Positions 30,624 to 39,424 of a DNA stretch of 64,000 nucleotides are shown here, one piece after another. A program made the position numbers and the translations under genes. Position 1 is the stretch's first letter. The number at the start of each line of letters is the position of its first letter. The notes under the pieces were generated by a model. That model saw nothing but the letters and a program-made list of their open reading frames with translations, had not been told where the DNA came from and did no database searches. Origin of the DNA: Dehalococcoidia bacterium (lineage in GTDB: Bacteria > Chloroflexota > Dehalococcoidia > Lucifugimonadales > CBDBON01); the NCBI GenBank assembly GCA_965198105.1, contig OZ240240.1:2168755-2232754 (forward strand), in the 5' to 3' direction.

Positions 30624-31589
30624 CTACCGGGTGCGGGGATTGAGTACGTCGTTGAGGGCGTCTCCGAGCAGGTTCCAGGAGAGCAGAAGGAGGGCGGCAG
30701 CGGTCCCGGGCGCCAGCAGCAGCCACCAGTCGTTGCGGAGTGCGGAGATGCTCCCGCCCTCTCTCAACATGACACCCAGACTGGGGCGCGGAGGTTGGAC
30801 TCCGAGACCCAGGAAGCCGAGGATGATCTCGGTGCCGATGAAGACTCCCATCCCCATCGTTACGGTGACGACGATCGGGCTTATGGCGTTCGGAAGGACG
30901 TGGACGAACAGGATCCTCGGGGTCGAGGAGCCCATTGCCATCGCCGCCTCCACGTACTGAGTCTCCCTGAGCGCAAGCACCTGTCCCCGCACGAGACGCG
31001 CCATGCCGAACCAGGAGAATGCGACCAACGCGACCGAGATGACGAGATAGTCGGCGACTCCGCTCCTTACCAGCCCCGTCAGGAAGGTGTGGTCCTCCAG
31101 AGCCCTCACCCAGCCGACGACCCTCGGCTTCAGTGTGGCGGCCAGAATGATGACGAGGAAGATGTCAGGGAATGAGGCGAACAGCTCCCCGATCCTCTGC
31201 ACGAGGGAATCGATCCGTCCTCCGAAGTAGCCCGATATCAGCCCCAGGCTGACCCCGATTACGAGGCTGCCCGTCGACATGGCGATGAAGGTTATGATCA
31301 GGGAGTTCTGTACGCCCCATATGGTCCGGGTCAGTACGTCGCGCCCCGCGAAGTCGGTCCCCATCCAGTGGCTGAGACTCGGGCTCTGCCTGATCGCCGT
31401 ATAGTCCTGGTCGTCGTACCCGTATGGCGAGACCACCTCCGCGAAGATGGCGGCCACGTATATCACGGTCAGTATCCCGATGCAGACGAGGGCTATCCTC
31501 TTGCGGCGCAGCCGCGAAAGAGCCCGTGCCAGATGCCCCTGGCTTCGGAGAGCCTCATCCCTCGCCAGTCCTATGTCGCCTGCTGCCAC
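30624..31589 (-). CDS. Peptide/nickel ABC transporter permease (OppC-like)
   Basis: HWMGTDFAGRDV, YVEAAMAMG, HVLPNA, FLGLG. Confidence 0.92.
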   Translation of the reverse strand: MAAGDIGLARDEALRSQGHLARALSRLRRKRIALVCIGILTVIYVAAIFAEVVSPYGYDDQDYTAIRQSPSLSHWMGTDFAGRDVLTRTIWGVQNSLIITFIAMSTGSLVIGVSLGLISGYFGGRIDSLVQRIGELFASFPDIFLVIILAATLKPRVVGWVRALEDHTFLTGLVRSGVADYLVISVALVAFSWFGMARLVRGQVLALRETQYVEAAMAMGSSTPRILFVHVLPNAISPIVVTVTMGMGVFIGTEIILGFLGLGVQPPRPSLGVMLREGGSISALRNDWWLLLAPGTAAALLLLSWNLLGDALNDVLNPRTR

Positions 31590-31605
31590 GCCGGGATCGC
31601 TCCTG

Positions 31606-32535
31606 CTAGCTGAATCGTATGCGCGGGTCGATGAAGGCGTAGGAGAGGTCGGCGAGGAGGTTGGCCAGCACGAAGATGGTCGACCCTACCAGAGTGAACG
31701 CCATGATGACCGGGTAGTCCCTGTTGAAGATCGAGTCGATCAGCAGGTTGCCGACGCCGGGGAAGCCGACGATCCTCTCGACGATGAAGCTCGTCGTGAA
31801 GATGCCGGCCAGCGAGAACGAGAGTATCGTCACTATCGGGATCATGGCGTTCTTGAGTATGTGGCGGGAGTCGACGTGGAAGCTCGACAGGCCCTTCGCG
31901 TGGGCCGTGCGTATGAAGTCCTGCCCCATGACGTCGAGCGTGCTGGCGCGCATGAGCCGGGCCAGCCCAGCCACTCCGAGCACTCCCATGCTCACCGCCG
32001 GGATGATCATGCGCGTATCCCAGAATCCTCCCCAACCCGAGCATGGAAGGAGGCCAAGCTTCAGGCAGAAGCTCCACATCAGGAACGGGATCGTCACCAT
32101 GATGGGGATCGACATGAGGACGAGGAAGAGGGAAATCGTCGCCGGGTCCAGCCAGGTCCCCTGCCGGTGGGCGATCCAGAAGCCGACGGGCAGCCCTATG
32201 ACCAGGCTGACCGCCATCGCAGCGCTGTTCACCTGTAACGACACCCATATCTTCGACCACAACAGCTCGCCGACCGAACGGCCGCGGAACCTCAGACTCT
32301 CTCCGAGGTCTCCCCTTACGGCTCCCCACATGTAGTCGCCGTACTGGACGATGAAGGGACGGTCGAGCCCGAGCGCCTCGCGTATCGGCTTGGCGCGCTC
32401 CTCCGTGTAGCGGGCGCCGAGCATGACGACCACCGGGTCGCCGGGACCGAATCGCCCCAAGGCGAACGTCATCAGGGTAACGGCGAACAGCAGGAAGGGC
32501 AGCCACAGCAGACGCCGAAGCACGTACGCCCCCAT
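31606..32535 (-). CDS. Peptide/nickel ABC transporter permease (OppB-like)
   Basis: PGDPV, LGLDRP, FIRTAHAKGL, HILKNA, RDYPV, DPRIR. Confidence 0.92.
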   Translation of the reverse strand: MGAYVLRRLLWLPFLLFAVTLMTFALGRFGPGDPVVVMLGARYTEERAKPIREALGLDRPFIVQYGDYMWGAVRGDLGESLRFRGRSVGELLWSKIWVSLQVNSAAMAVSLVIGLPVGFWIAHRQGTWLDPATISLFLVLMSIPIMVTIPFLMWSFCLKLGLLPCSGWGGFWDTRMIIPAVSMGVLGVAGLARLMRASTLDVMGQDFIRTAHAKGLSSFHVDSRHILKNAMIPIVTILSFSLAGIFTTSFIVERIVGFPGVGNLLIDSIFNRDYPVIMAFTLVGSTIFVLANLLADLSYAFIDPRIRFS

Positions 32536-32576
32536 CCGGTACAGACCTCCGCCGTCCTGCCTGTCGGCCAGGCGGA

Positions 32577-34289
32577 CTACTTCTCGAAGTAGACCTCGCG
32601 CAGCTTGGGGATGATCATCGGAGTGATCCTGTAGTCCTTGACGTAGAGCTTCATCAGGACGTGGCGCTCGCCCTGGTACCAGAGCGGCACCCAGGCCGCA
32701 TCCTCGACTATCATCCTCTCGGCCTGGCGGTACAGCTCGACGCGCCTGATCACGTCCTCCTCGACACGGGCCTCTTCCAGCACGGCGTCCAGCTCCGCGT
32801 TGCTGTACCCACCGTGGTTCAGGCTGCTGTCCGTATGGAAGAGGATGTCCAGAAAGTCCTGCGGATCCGGGTAGTCGGCCTCCCACCCGAGGCCGGCGAA
32901 GGCCTGGAACTTCTGCTCGTGGAGGTCCTCGAGATAGGTCGCCCACTCCACCTGCTGGATCTCCACCTCGATACCCAGGACGTCCTCCCACATGTTGAGT
33001 ATCACCTCGAGGTCTATCCCGATAGTCCCTCCGGTGCCGGGCACCGTGATGACGATCCGGTCGCGCGCCGACGGATCCGCGTATTTGGATTCGGCCAGTA
33101 GCTGCTGGGCCAGCTCAGGATCGTACTTCAGTCCCTGGATGTCCTCCTGATATGCGGGAAAGCCGGGCGGAAGGATGCCGTAGGCCGGCACGACCAGGTC
33201 CGAGAGCACCTCGGACGCTATCAGCTCCTTGTCGATCGCGTGGTTGAGCGCCTGCCTGAACTTCGGGTCGTCGAAGGGATTCATGCTCGTGTTGAACCCT
33301 ATGTAGGAGATGTTGAAGTCGGGCGGCGCGACTACCAGCTCCTTGTTCAGGGGATGGGTCGGATCCGACACCCGTTCGAGGTCGAACAGGCCCACGCCGG
33401 TTATCTCGATCTCGTCGTTCTCATACATGGCCATCGCCTGGCCGCCTGCCAGCATCATCTCCAGCGCGTCTATCTTGGGAGGCTCGCGGTGGTAGTTCTC
33501 GTTGCGTTCGAGGACGAGCCGCTCACCGATCCTGTACTCCTTCAGCTTGAACGGTCCGGCTCCGTTTGGCTGGTCGAACCAGTTGCGGCCTCCGCTCTCC
33601 ACGTTCTCCCGGTCGAGCACGTAAGCCGTCGGATAGGTCAGCTTTGCAAGGAAGTAGGCCTTGGGGGCGTCGATCGTGATCTGGAGCGTGTGTGTGTCGA
33701 TGACCTTGATCCCGGTCATCTCCGTCGCCTCTCCGTCGAAGACCGCTTGGGCCCCGACTATGTCGTTCAGATAGGTGTCTGCCACGGGAGAGCCGGTCTC
33801 GGGCCGGGCGGCGCGCTCCATCGACCATTTGAAGTCCTGGGCGGTGATGGGCTTCCCGTCGTGGAACTTGGCGTCCGGCCTCAGATAGAAGGTATAGACC
33901 AGTCCGTCCTCGCTCCTTTCCCAGCGCTCGGCGATGTCCGGCACCAGGACGAGGTCGGGACTCAGCGCGACTAGGCCGGCGTGGATCTCCACGACGATGA
34001 AGGCCGACGTCGTGTCGGAGGTGAGGTGAGGGTCGAGGGTCGGAGGGTCGCTCCAAATCCGGCGGAATATCCCGCCGGCCGGTCTTTCGTCGGCAGACGC
34101 CTCTGCCGGTGTCGCGGCCGGAATGCTGGGGGCCGGGGGCGGAGTCGAGGTCGGGCCGGGTTGGGTCGTCCCGCCTGCGGACGCCGCCGTGGGCTGGGAC
34201 ACCGAGTCGGTCTCTTCCGAGCCGCCGTCCCCGCAGGCAAACACCACCGCCATTGTCACCGCGAACAGAATAGGGATCAGCTTACGCAT
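32577..34289 (-). CDS. Peptide ABC transporter substrate-binding lipoprotein (family 5)
   Basis: Lipobox VFAC, PTLDP, KFHDGKPITAQD, GPFKL, RQALNHAID, GWEADYPDP. Confidence 0.93.
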   Translation of the reverse strand: MRKLIPILFAVTMAVVFACGDGGSEETDSVSQPTAASAGGTTQPGPTSTPPPAPSIPAATPAEASADERPAGGIFRRIWSDPPTLDPHLTSDTTSAFIVVEIHAGLVALSPDLVLVPDIAERWERSEDGLVYTFYLRPDAKFHDGKPITAQDFKWSMERAARPETGSPVADTYLNDIVGAQAVFDGEATEMTGIKVIDTHTLQITIDAPKAYFLAKLTYPTAYVLDRENVESGGRNWFDQPNGAGPFKLKEYRIGERLVLERNENYHREPPKIDALEMMLAGGQAMAMYENDEIEITGVGLFDLERVSDPTHPLNKELVVAPPDFNISYIGFNTSMNPFDDPKFRQALNHAIDKELIASEVLSDLVVPAYGILPPGFPAYQEDIQGLKYDPELAQQLLAESKYADPSARDRIVITVPGTGGTIGIDLEVILNMWEDVLGIEVEIQQVEWATYLEDLHEQKFQAFAGLGWEADYPDPQDFLDILFHTDSSLNHGGYSNAELDAVLEEARVEEDVIRRVELYRQAERMIVEDAAWVPLWYQGERHVLMKLYVKDYRITPMIIPKLREVYFEK

Positions 34290-34312
34290 TGCAGGTATCC
34301 TCATCTGGAAGT

Positions 34313-35426
34313 TCAGCTCTGTCTGGAAGGCTCGCCGACCATCGACTTGAGGTAGCGCGCTATGAACTCGTCGATCTCGCCGTCGAGCACTGCAACCGTG
34401 CTCGATGTCTCGTATTCCGTCCTGTGGTCCTTCACCATCCTGTACGGATGAAGGACGTAGCTGCGTATCTGGTTGCCCCACTCGGCGGAGACGTGCTCGC
34501 CCTTGAGCCTGTTCATCTCCTGAGCCTTCAGCGCCATCTCTCGCTCCATGAGGCGGGCGGTCAGGATCCTCATCGCGATCTCCTTGTTCTGGTGCTGAGA
34601 CCGCTCGTTCTGGCAGCTGACCCGTATGCCGGTGGGGATGTGGGTGATCCGCACCGCCGTCGCGTTCTTCTGCACGCTCTGCCCGCCGTGTCCGCCGGCG
34701 CGAAAGACATCGATCTTCAGGTCGTCGGGGTCGATATCGACATCCGTCTCCTCGTCCGCTTCCGGGAGCACCTCGACCAGGGCGAACGAGGTGTGCCGGG
34801 CGTGGTCTGCGTCGAACGGGGAGAGCCTGACGAGCCGGTGCACTCCCTTCTCGGCCTTCAGGTAGCCGTACGCGTACTCTCCCTCCACCTGGACCACCGC
34901 GCTCTTCACGCCCCCCTCGTCTCCGGGAGACAGATCGAGCACCTCTCCGCCGAACCCTTTGCGCTCCGACCACCGGAGATACATGCGCATCAGCATTCTA
35001 ACCCAGTCCTGAGACTCCACTCCACCCGCTCCGGCGTGCAGCGCGACTATTGCGTTCCTCTGATCGTGGTCGCCGGAGAGCGTTAGCCTGAACTCCAGAT
35101 CGGCGAGCGCCTCTTGCAGCTCTCGCGTCTCATCGGCGAAGGAGTCGAGCAGGGATTCGTCCTTCTCCTCGACCGAGAGGTCAACCAGCTCCTGGAGCGA
35201 AACGGCCCGTCCGTCGAGGTCCCGCCACATATCCACCTCTTCCCTGAGCTGCGACAGCCGCTTCATCCGCTGACGGGCCTCTGCCGGCACGTCCCAGAAG
35301 GACGGGTCCGACACCTCCCGCTCGAGCTCCGCTACCTGCTTCTCCTTGTTGGAAAGGTCAAAGACGCACCATCATGTCGGCGATCTTCGCCCGGATATCG
35401 GCAATCGACCCTCTCAGCTCCTGCAT
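34313..35426 (-). CDS. prfB: Peptide chain release factor 2 with programmed +1 frameshift
   Basis: ORF1 MQELRG...MMVRL ends CTT TGA C at 35363-35357; SPF, GGQ and QIRSYV motifs. Confidence 0.96.
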
Positions 35427-35553
35427 AGAGATACGACACCTCTCGTCGGCGTGGATTCCCGGGCGGGCCCAGCCGTCCGGCGATCCGCGCCTCGATTACT
35501 GCTGCGGATTATACAACTGAGCGCCGGCGAACGTAACCGTTTCTCCCCTCTTC

Positions 35554-35675
35554 GTAACTGTTCACGTCCGGTGAATTGAGACGACTCCCGGTTCCACGCG
35601 GGCTCTTGCTCCTTCTCCCCTGGCGGCAGCCAGCGGCTCCCCCTCATCGTTGTCTCATCAAGTCTGAACAGTTAC
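35554..35675. mobile_element. 122-bp IS66-derived MITE
   Basis: Ends GTAACTGTTCAC and CTCATCAAGTCTGAACAGTTAC match the IS66 at 48073; TSD CCCTCTTC/GCCTCTTC. Confidence 0.8.
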
Positions 35676-35714
35676 GCCTCTTCCCCCGTCTACGGGGGAA
35701 GATTGAGATGGGGA
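35676..35714. repeat. REP-like palindrome
   Basis: CCTCTTCCCCCGTCTACGGGGGAAGATTGAGATGGGG, the reverse complement of the 11591 unit. Confidence 0.85.
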
Positions 35715-35730
35715 CTTCCCGCCGTCACCC

Positions 35731-37554
35731 TCAACGCGGCTGTACTGGGAGCACTATGTGCGAGGAGCGCCCCGGATTGTGATAGACCGTCTGGTGGGCT
35801 GGCTGGCGGCCAAGGTGACGACCCAACGGCTTTCCGGTATTCGGGTTGACGTCGAACCGGGGCCAGTTGCTGCTGCTGATGTCGAGACGCATCCGGTGTC
35901 CGCGCCTGAATACGTTCGACGTCGGATAGAGCTGGAAGACGAAATCGTAGGGCACGCCGGGCGTCATCATCTCGGCCCGCTCGTAGCCGTTTCTGTATCT
36001 GGCGCGGATGATCGAGTCGGTGATGTTGATGGCAAGGCCGTGGGGGTACTGTTCGCTCGGCGGGTGCACGTCGACCAGCTTGGCCGTAAAGTCGGTGTCG
36101 ACCGCGGAGGAGGAGGCCCAGAGGTGCATCTCGATAGGCCCGGTGACCTCTATATCGTCTTCGAGGACAGGAGTCTGGAAGCTCAGGACGTCGGCTCGTT
36201 GGCTCAGAGGCAGCGTGTCCCTGCTGCCGAAGAAGCGCGGCTCCGCCCGCTGGTCGTAGGCGCCCGGCTCCATTATCGGCGCGGCGGCCGAGATGCCGCC
36301 GCCGATCGTAGGGACCGGATCATCCGGGTCGAAGGTGAAGCTGCTCGGCTCCGTCTCATCGCCGTCCGGCCTGTCTGAGAGCGATCCGTCTCCGTGGATG
36401 TAGTAGGGAGTGTACTCCGTGCCGGGCAGCGGCCAGTCGGGCTCGCTGCGCCACCAGCCGCCCTGATGCACCCTGCCCTCGTCGTTCCGTCTACCGTCGC
36501 CCGAGCCCATCGTGAAGATCCGCACCGGTGTCCAGTCGGCGGCCTCGCTGTTCAGCCCCTTCAGATAGTGGTCGAACCAGCTTAGGCGCAGGTCCAGGTA
36601 GTTGACGTGCGAGTCGATGCCGAAGTCGACGTCGCCTGCGTAGGTCGCCTCGTATCCGCCGTGGGTCCAGGGTCCCATGAGCAGCCTCTGCGGCGCCTTT
36701 TTCATCCTGCTCAGCTTGACGTAGCTCTCGCAAGTGTTGCGCGCGTAGGAGTCGTACCACCCTCCCAGATAGAGCGTCGGGACGTCCGCGTGCTCCTCGT
36801 AGTACTCGGACGGTGCGTAACCGCGCTGCTTCCAGTAGTCGTCGTACTCGCCGTGGGTGAGGATGTCGATCGCCCACCGCTCGTATGACGGGAGGCTGCT
36901 CAGGATGGTGGCGCCCTCCTTCAGGGGAAAGGCGTTGACCAGGCCGGAAAGACCGTCGGGGTATATCGATTCGAGCGCCGCTCTCAGTGCCGGATCGGCC
37001 TTCGCCTCCCGGCTCGTAACCGCCATGCGGAAGGCGTAGATGAGAAAGCGCTGCTCGAGGGCCCCGTTCTGCCGCAGGGAGCTGTGGAAGTAGTTCGAGG
37101 CGCCCACCGCGACGATCATCGTGCTGAGGTGAGGGGGCGCCAGCGTGGCGAGGGCGGCCTGATCGCTGCCGCCGTAGGAGTCGCCCATGGTGCCGACCTT
37201 GCCGTTGCTCCAGGGCTGCGTCCCAAACCACTCCACGGCGTCGTAGCCGTCGGGAGCCTCCTTTGCGAAGGCGTACCACTCCCCTTCCGACTGGAACCTT
37301 CCCCGCACGTCCTGTATGGCGCAGACGTAGCCCCTCCTGGCGTAGTAGCTGCCCTTCGTCGCCTGTCCGGGGGCCGTCTTGTCGTACGGGGTGCGCTCCA
37401 GTATGACCGGGAACCGCCCCTCCGCGCGTCTGCCGTCGACGGCGGGGAAGTATATGTCCGCCGCGAGCTTCACGCCGTCTCTCGTTTTCATAACCACGTC
37501 CGACTCGCGGACCGAGCCGTACTGCTGTTGCGAGCCTTCATAGGGTGCGGACAT
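35731..37554 (-). CDS. CocE/NonD family hydrolase
   Basis: RDGVKLAADIY, RTPY, QDVRGR, GDSYGG nucleophile, GGWYD, GPWTH, ISSSNWPRF. Confidence 0.94.
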   Translation of the reverse strand: MSAPYEGSQQQYGSVRESDVVMKTRDGVKLAADIYFPAVDGRRAEGRFPVILERTPYDKTAPGQATKGSYYARRGYVCAIQDVRGRFQSEGEWYAFAKEAPDGYDAVEWFGTQPWSNGKVGTMGDSYGGSDQAALATLAPPHLSTMIVAVGASNYFHSSLRQNGALEQRFLIYAFRMAVTSREAKADPALRAALESIYPDGLSGLVNAFPLKEGATILSSLPSYERWAIDILTHGEYDDYWKQRGYAPSEYYEEHADVPTLYLGGWYDSYARNTCESYVKLSRMKKAPQRLLMGPWTHGGYEATYAGDVDFGIDSHVNYLDLRLSWFDHYLKGLNSEAADWTPVRIFTMGSGDGRRNDEGRVHQGGWWRSEPDWPLPGTEYTPYYIHGDGSLSDRPDGDETEPSSFTFDPDDPVPTIGGGISAAAPIMEPGAYDQRAEPRFFGSRDTLPLSQRADVLSFQTPVLEDDIEVTGPIEMHLWASSSAVDTDFTAKLVDVHPPSEQYPHGLAINITDSIIRARYRNGYERAEMMTPGVPYDFVFQLYPTSNVFRRGHRMRLDISSSNWPRFDVNPNTGKPLGRHLGRQPAHQTVYHNPGRSSHIVLPVQPR

Positions 37555-38373
37555 CTACACCTCCCGGAGACTGTTGCCCGTTGGGATAACGTCGAAATCG
37601 AACACGTCGAGGGCCGTCTTCCCCATCACCCAGGCCCGCTCCTCCGGGTCCCTGAGAGCCGGATGATCCATCACTCCGCGAAGCGCGTTGCGATAGCCCT
37701 CTCTCCCGCTGACCGGCGGGTAGTCGCTCCCCCACATCATCCGCCTCGGTCCGAAGGAGTCGTACGCCATGTCGATCAGCGGACTGGCGGCGCCCATATC
37801 GAAGTCTGGCCGGAGTGTGCGCGGTCGCGGTAGTATCTCGCCGAGCCCCGGCACCTTGATGTAGGTGTTCGGATACCTTGCCAGCTGCAGCGCACGCTCG
37901 AAGAGCGGATCGGTCTGTCGGGTCTCGGGGGTAGCTCCCGCAAGGTGCTCGATGACTATTGGCAGGCGCGGCGCCGCCTCCACCACTCCGGCGAACTGTT
38001 CGGAGGCGAACTCCTCCACCTCGCCCTGGCAGCTCACGGTCAGCCCAAGCTCCTCCGCTCTCTTCCAGATCGCCAGCGGGTCGGGACCCGGAGAGCGTTG
38101 ATGGGCATACAGCCTCAGACCGGTGACCCCCTGCTCGGCCCACCGCTCCAGCTCGTCCGGCGCGTCGTGCCTCCCGACGTCCACCATGCCGACCACGCTC
38201 AACCGGCCTGGAAGCTGCCGGGCGCACTCCAACAGGTAGGAGTTGTCGTACGAGCCGCGGTGCTGCACCAGGACAGCCTTCTCCACTCCGTTGGCGTCCA
38301 TCTGGTAGAGCAGAAGCTTGATCGGCTCGAACCAGTTGCGCCCTGCGTGGCAATGAGTATCTACGATGGTCAT
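37555..38373 (-). CDS. Amidohydrolase family protein (amidohydro_2)
   Basis: VDTHCH, VIEHLAG, MMWGSDYP. Confidence 0.9.
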   Translation of the reverse strand: MTIVDTHCHAGRNWFEPIKLLLYQMDANGVEKAVLVQHRGSYDNSYLLECARQLPGRLSVVGMVDVGRHDAPDELERWAEQGVTGLRLYAHQRSPGPDPLAIWKRAEELGLTVSCQGEVEEFASEQFAGVVEAAPRLPIVIEHLAGATPETRQTDPLFERALQLARYPNTYIKVPGLGEILPRPRTLRPDFDMGAASPLIDMAYDSFGPRRMMWGSDYPPVSGREGYRNALRGVMDHPALRDPEERAWVMGKTALDVFDFDVIPTGNSLREV

Positions 38374-38403
38374 CGCGAATGGGTGCCCCTTACGTCGCGG
38401 AGC

Positions 38404-38480
38404 TGGTCGGGGAGACTGGATTCGAACCAGCGACCCCCTGCACCCCATGCAGGTGCGCTACCAAGCTGCGCCACTCCCCG
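38404..38480 (-). tRNA. tRNA-Pro(GGG)
   Basis: CGGGGAGTGGCGCAGCTTGGTAGCGCACCTGCATGGGGTGCAGG...GGTTCGAATCC...CCCCGACCA. Confidence 0.95.
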
Positions 38481-38551
38481 ACGGCCCGTAGCATAGCATA
38501 GGGACATGACCCCTTCAAAGAACCCGGTTTCCAGGCAGTTGATCCGGCCTT

Positions 38552-39421
38552 CTATCTGCCCATAAGACGCCGGTCGTGAAACAGGTACTGGTTGGCGTAA
38601 CCTGCGTAAGGACCGAAATGGCGCTGAGCCCACCTTCTCATCTCAATCCGATTCAGCTTGCTGTCTGGGTCGAGATACCAGTCCTGGAGCGCCCGGTGGA
38701 TCCAGACGTCCACGGGAAAGGCCTCCAGCTTGTCAAGCGAAAACAGGAGTACGCAGTTGGCCACCTTGTCTCCCACTCCCGGCAGGCCGGTCAGCACCTC
38801 CAGCCCCTCGTCGTAGGGGGTCTCTCTAAGCGCAAAGATGTCTAGTCCTCCGGCGGCGGCTGTCTCGGCGACAGCCGCCACGTACTTCGCGCGGAAGCCC
38901 AGTCCGAGCCGGCGAAGGGCCTCCTCGCCGGCCGAGGCGAGCGCCTCGGGGTCGGGAAACGTCCCCCTGCCGATTCGGTCGAGCGTCAGGCGGCGTCCGA
39001 AGTGAGTCGACATGGCTTCGACGTCCTTCTTGATTCGTGGGATGTTCGACGTGGACGAGCATATGAAGGAGACGAGACACTCCCAGGGGTCCTGACGGGC
39101 GAGCCGCATGCCGTGATAGCTGCGGATCGATCCGCCTATCCGGTCGTCCTTGTCGATCGCCCGGTAGATCGCGTCGAGGTCGTCGTCGAGCCTGAGGTAG
39201 CTCCGCACTAGGGATTCAAGCACAGACTCGTCGTCCGGGTGGGAGGTGAACTCGATCCCCTCCGGCGCGCGTCTCATCCTCACGATGTTGTCGAATATGA
39301 CCCCCTGGTACCACGGCTGGCCCGTCGACTCGCCGTCCGGCTCTTCCCGTCTCCATCTGAACGTCTGTCCGCTCTCCAGCGTCCACGTCAGGTCCAGAGG
39401 GCCTGCGAAGGAGATCAGCAC
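38552..39421 (-). CDS. 8-oxoguanine DNA glycosylase (OGG1-type HhH-GPD)
   Basis: TLESGQTFRW, QDPWECLVSFICS, LGFRAKY, LPGVGDKVANC, FPVDVWI, YAGYANQYLF. Confidence 0.92.
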   Translation of the reverse strand: MLISFAGPLDLTWTLESGQTFRWRREEPDGESTGQPWYQGVIFDNIVRMRRAPEGIEFTSHPDDESVLESLVRSYLRLDDDLDAIYRAIDKDDRIGGSIRSYHGMRLARQDPWECLVSFICSSTSNIPRIKKDVEAMSTHFGRRLTLDRIGRGTFPDPEALASAGEEALRRLGLGFRAKYVAAVAETAAAGGLDIFALRETPYDEGLEVLTGLPGVGDKVANCVLLFSLDKLEAFPVDVWIHRALQDWYLDPDSKLNRIEMRRWAQRHFGPYAGYANQYLFHDRRLMGR

Positions 39422-39424
39422 GGA

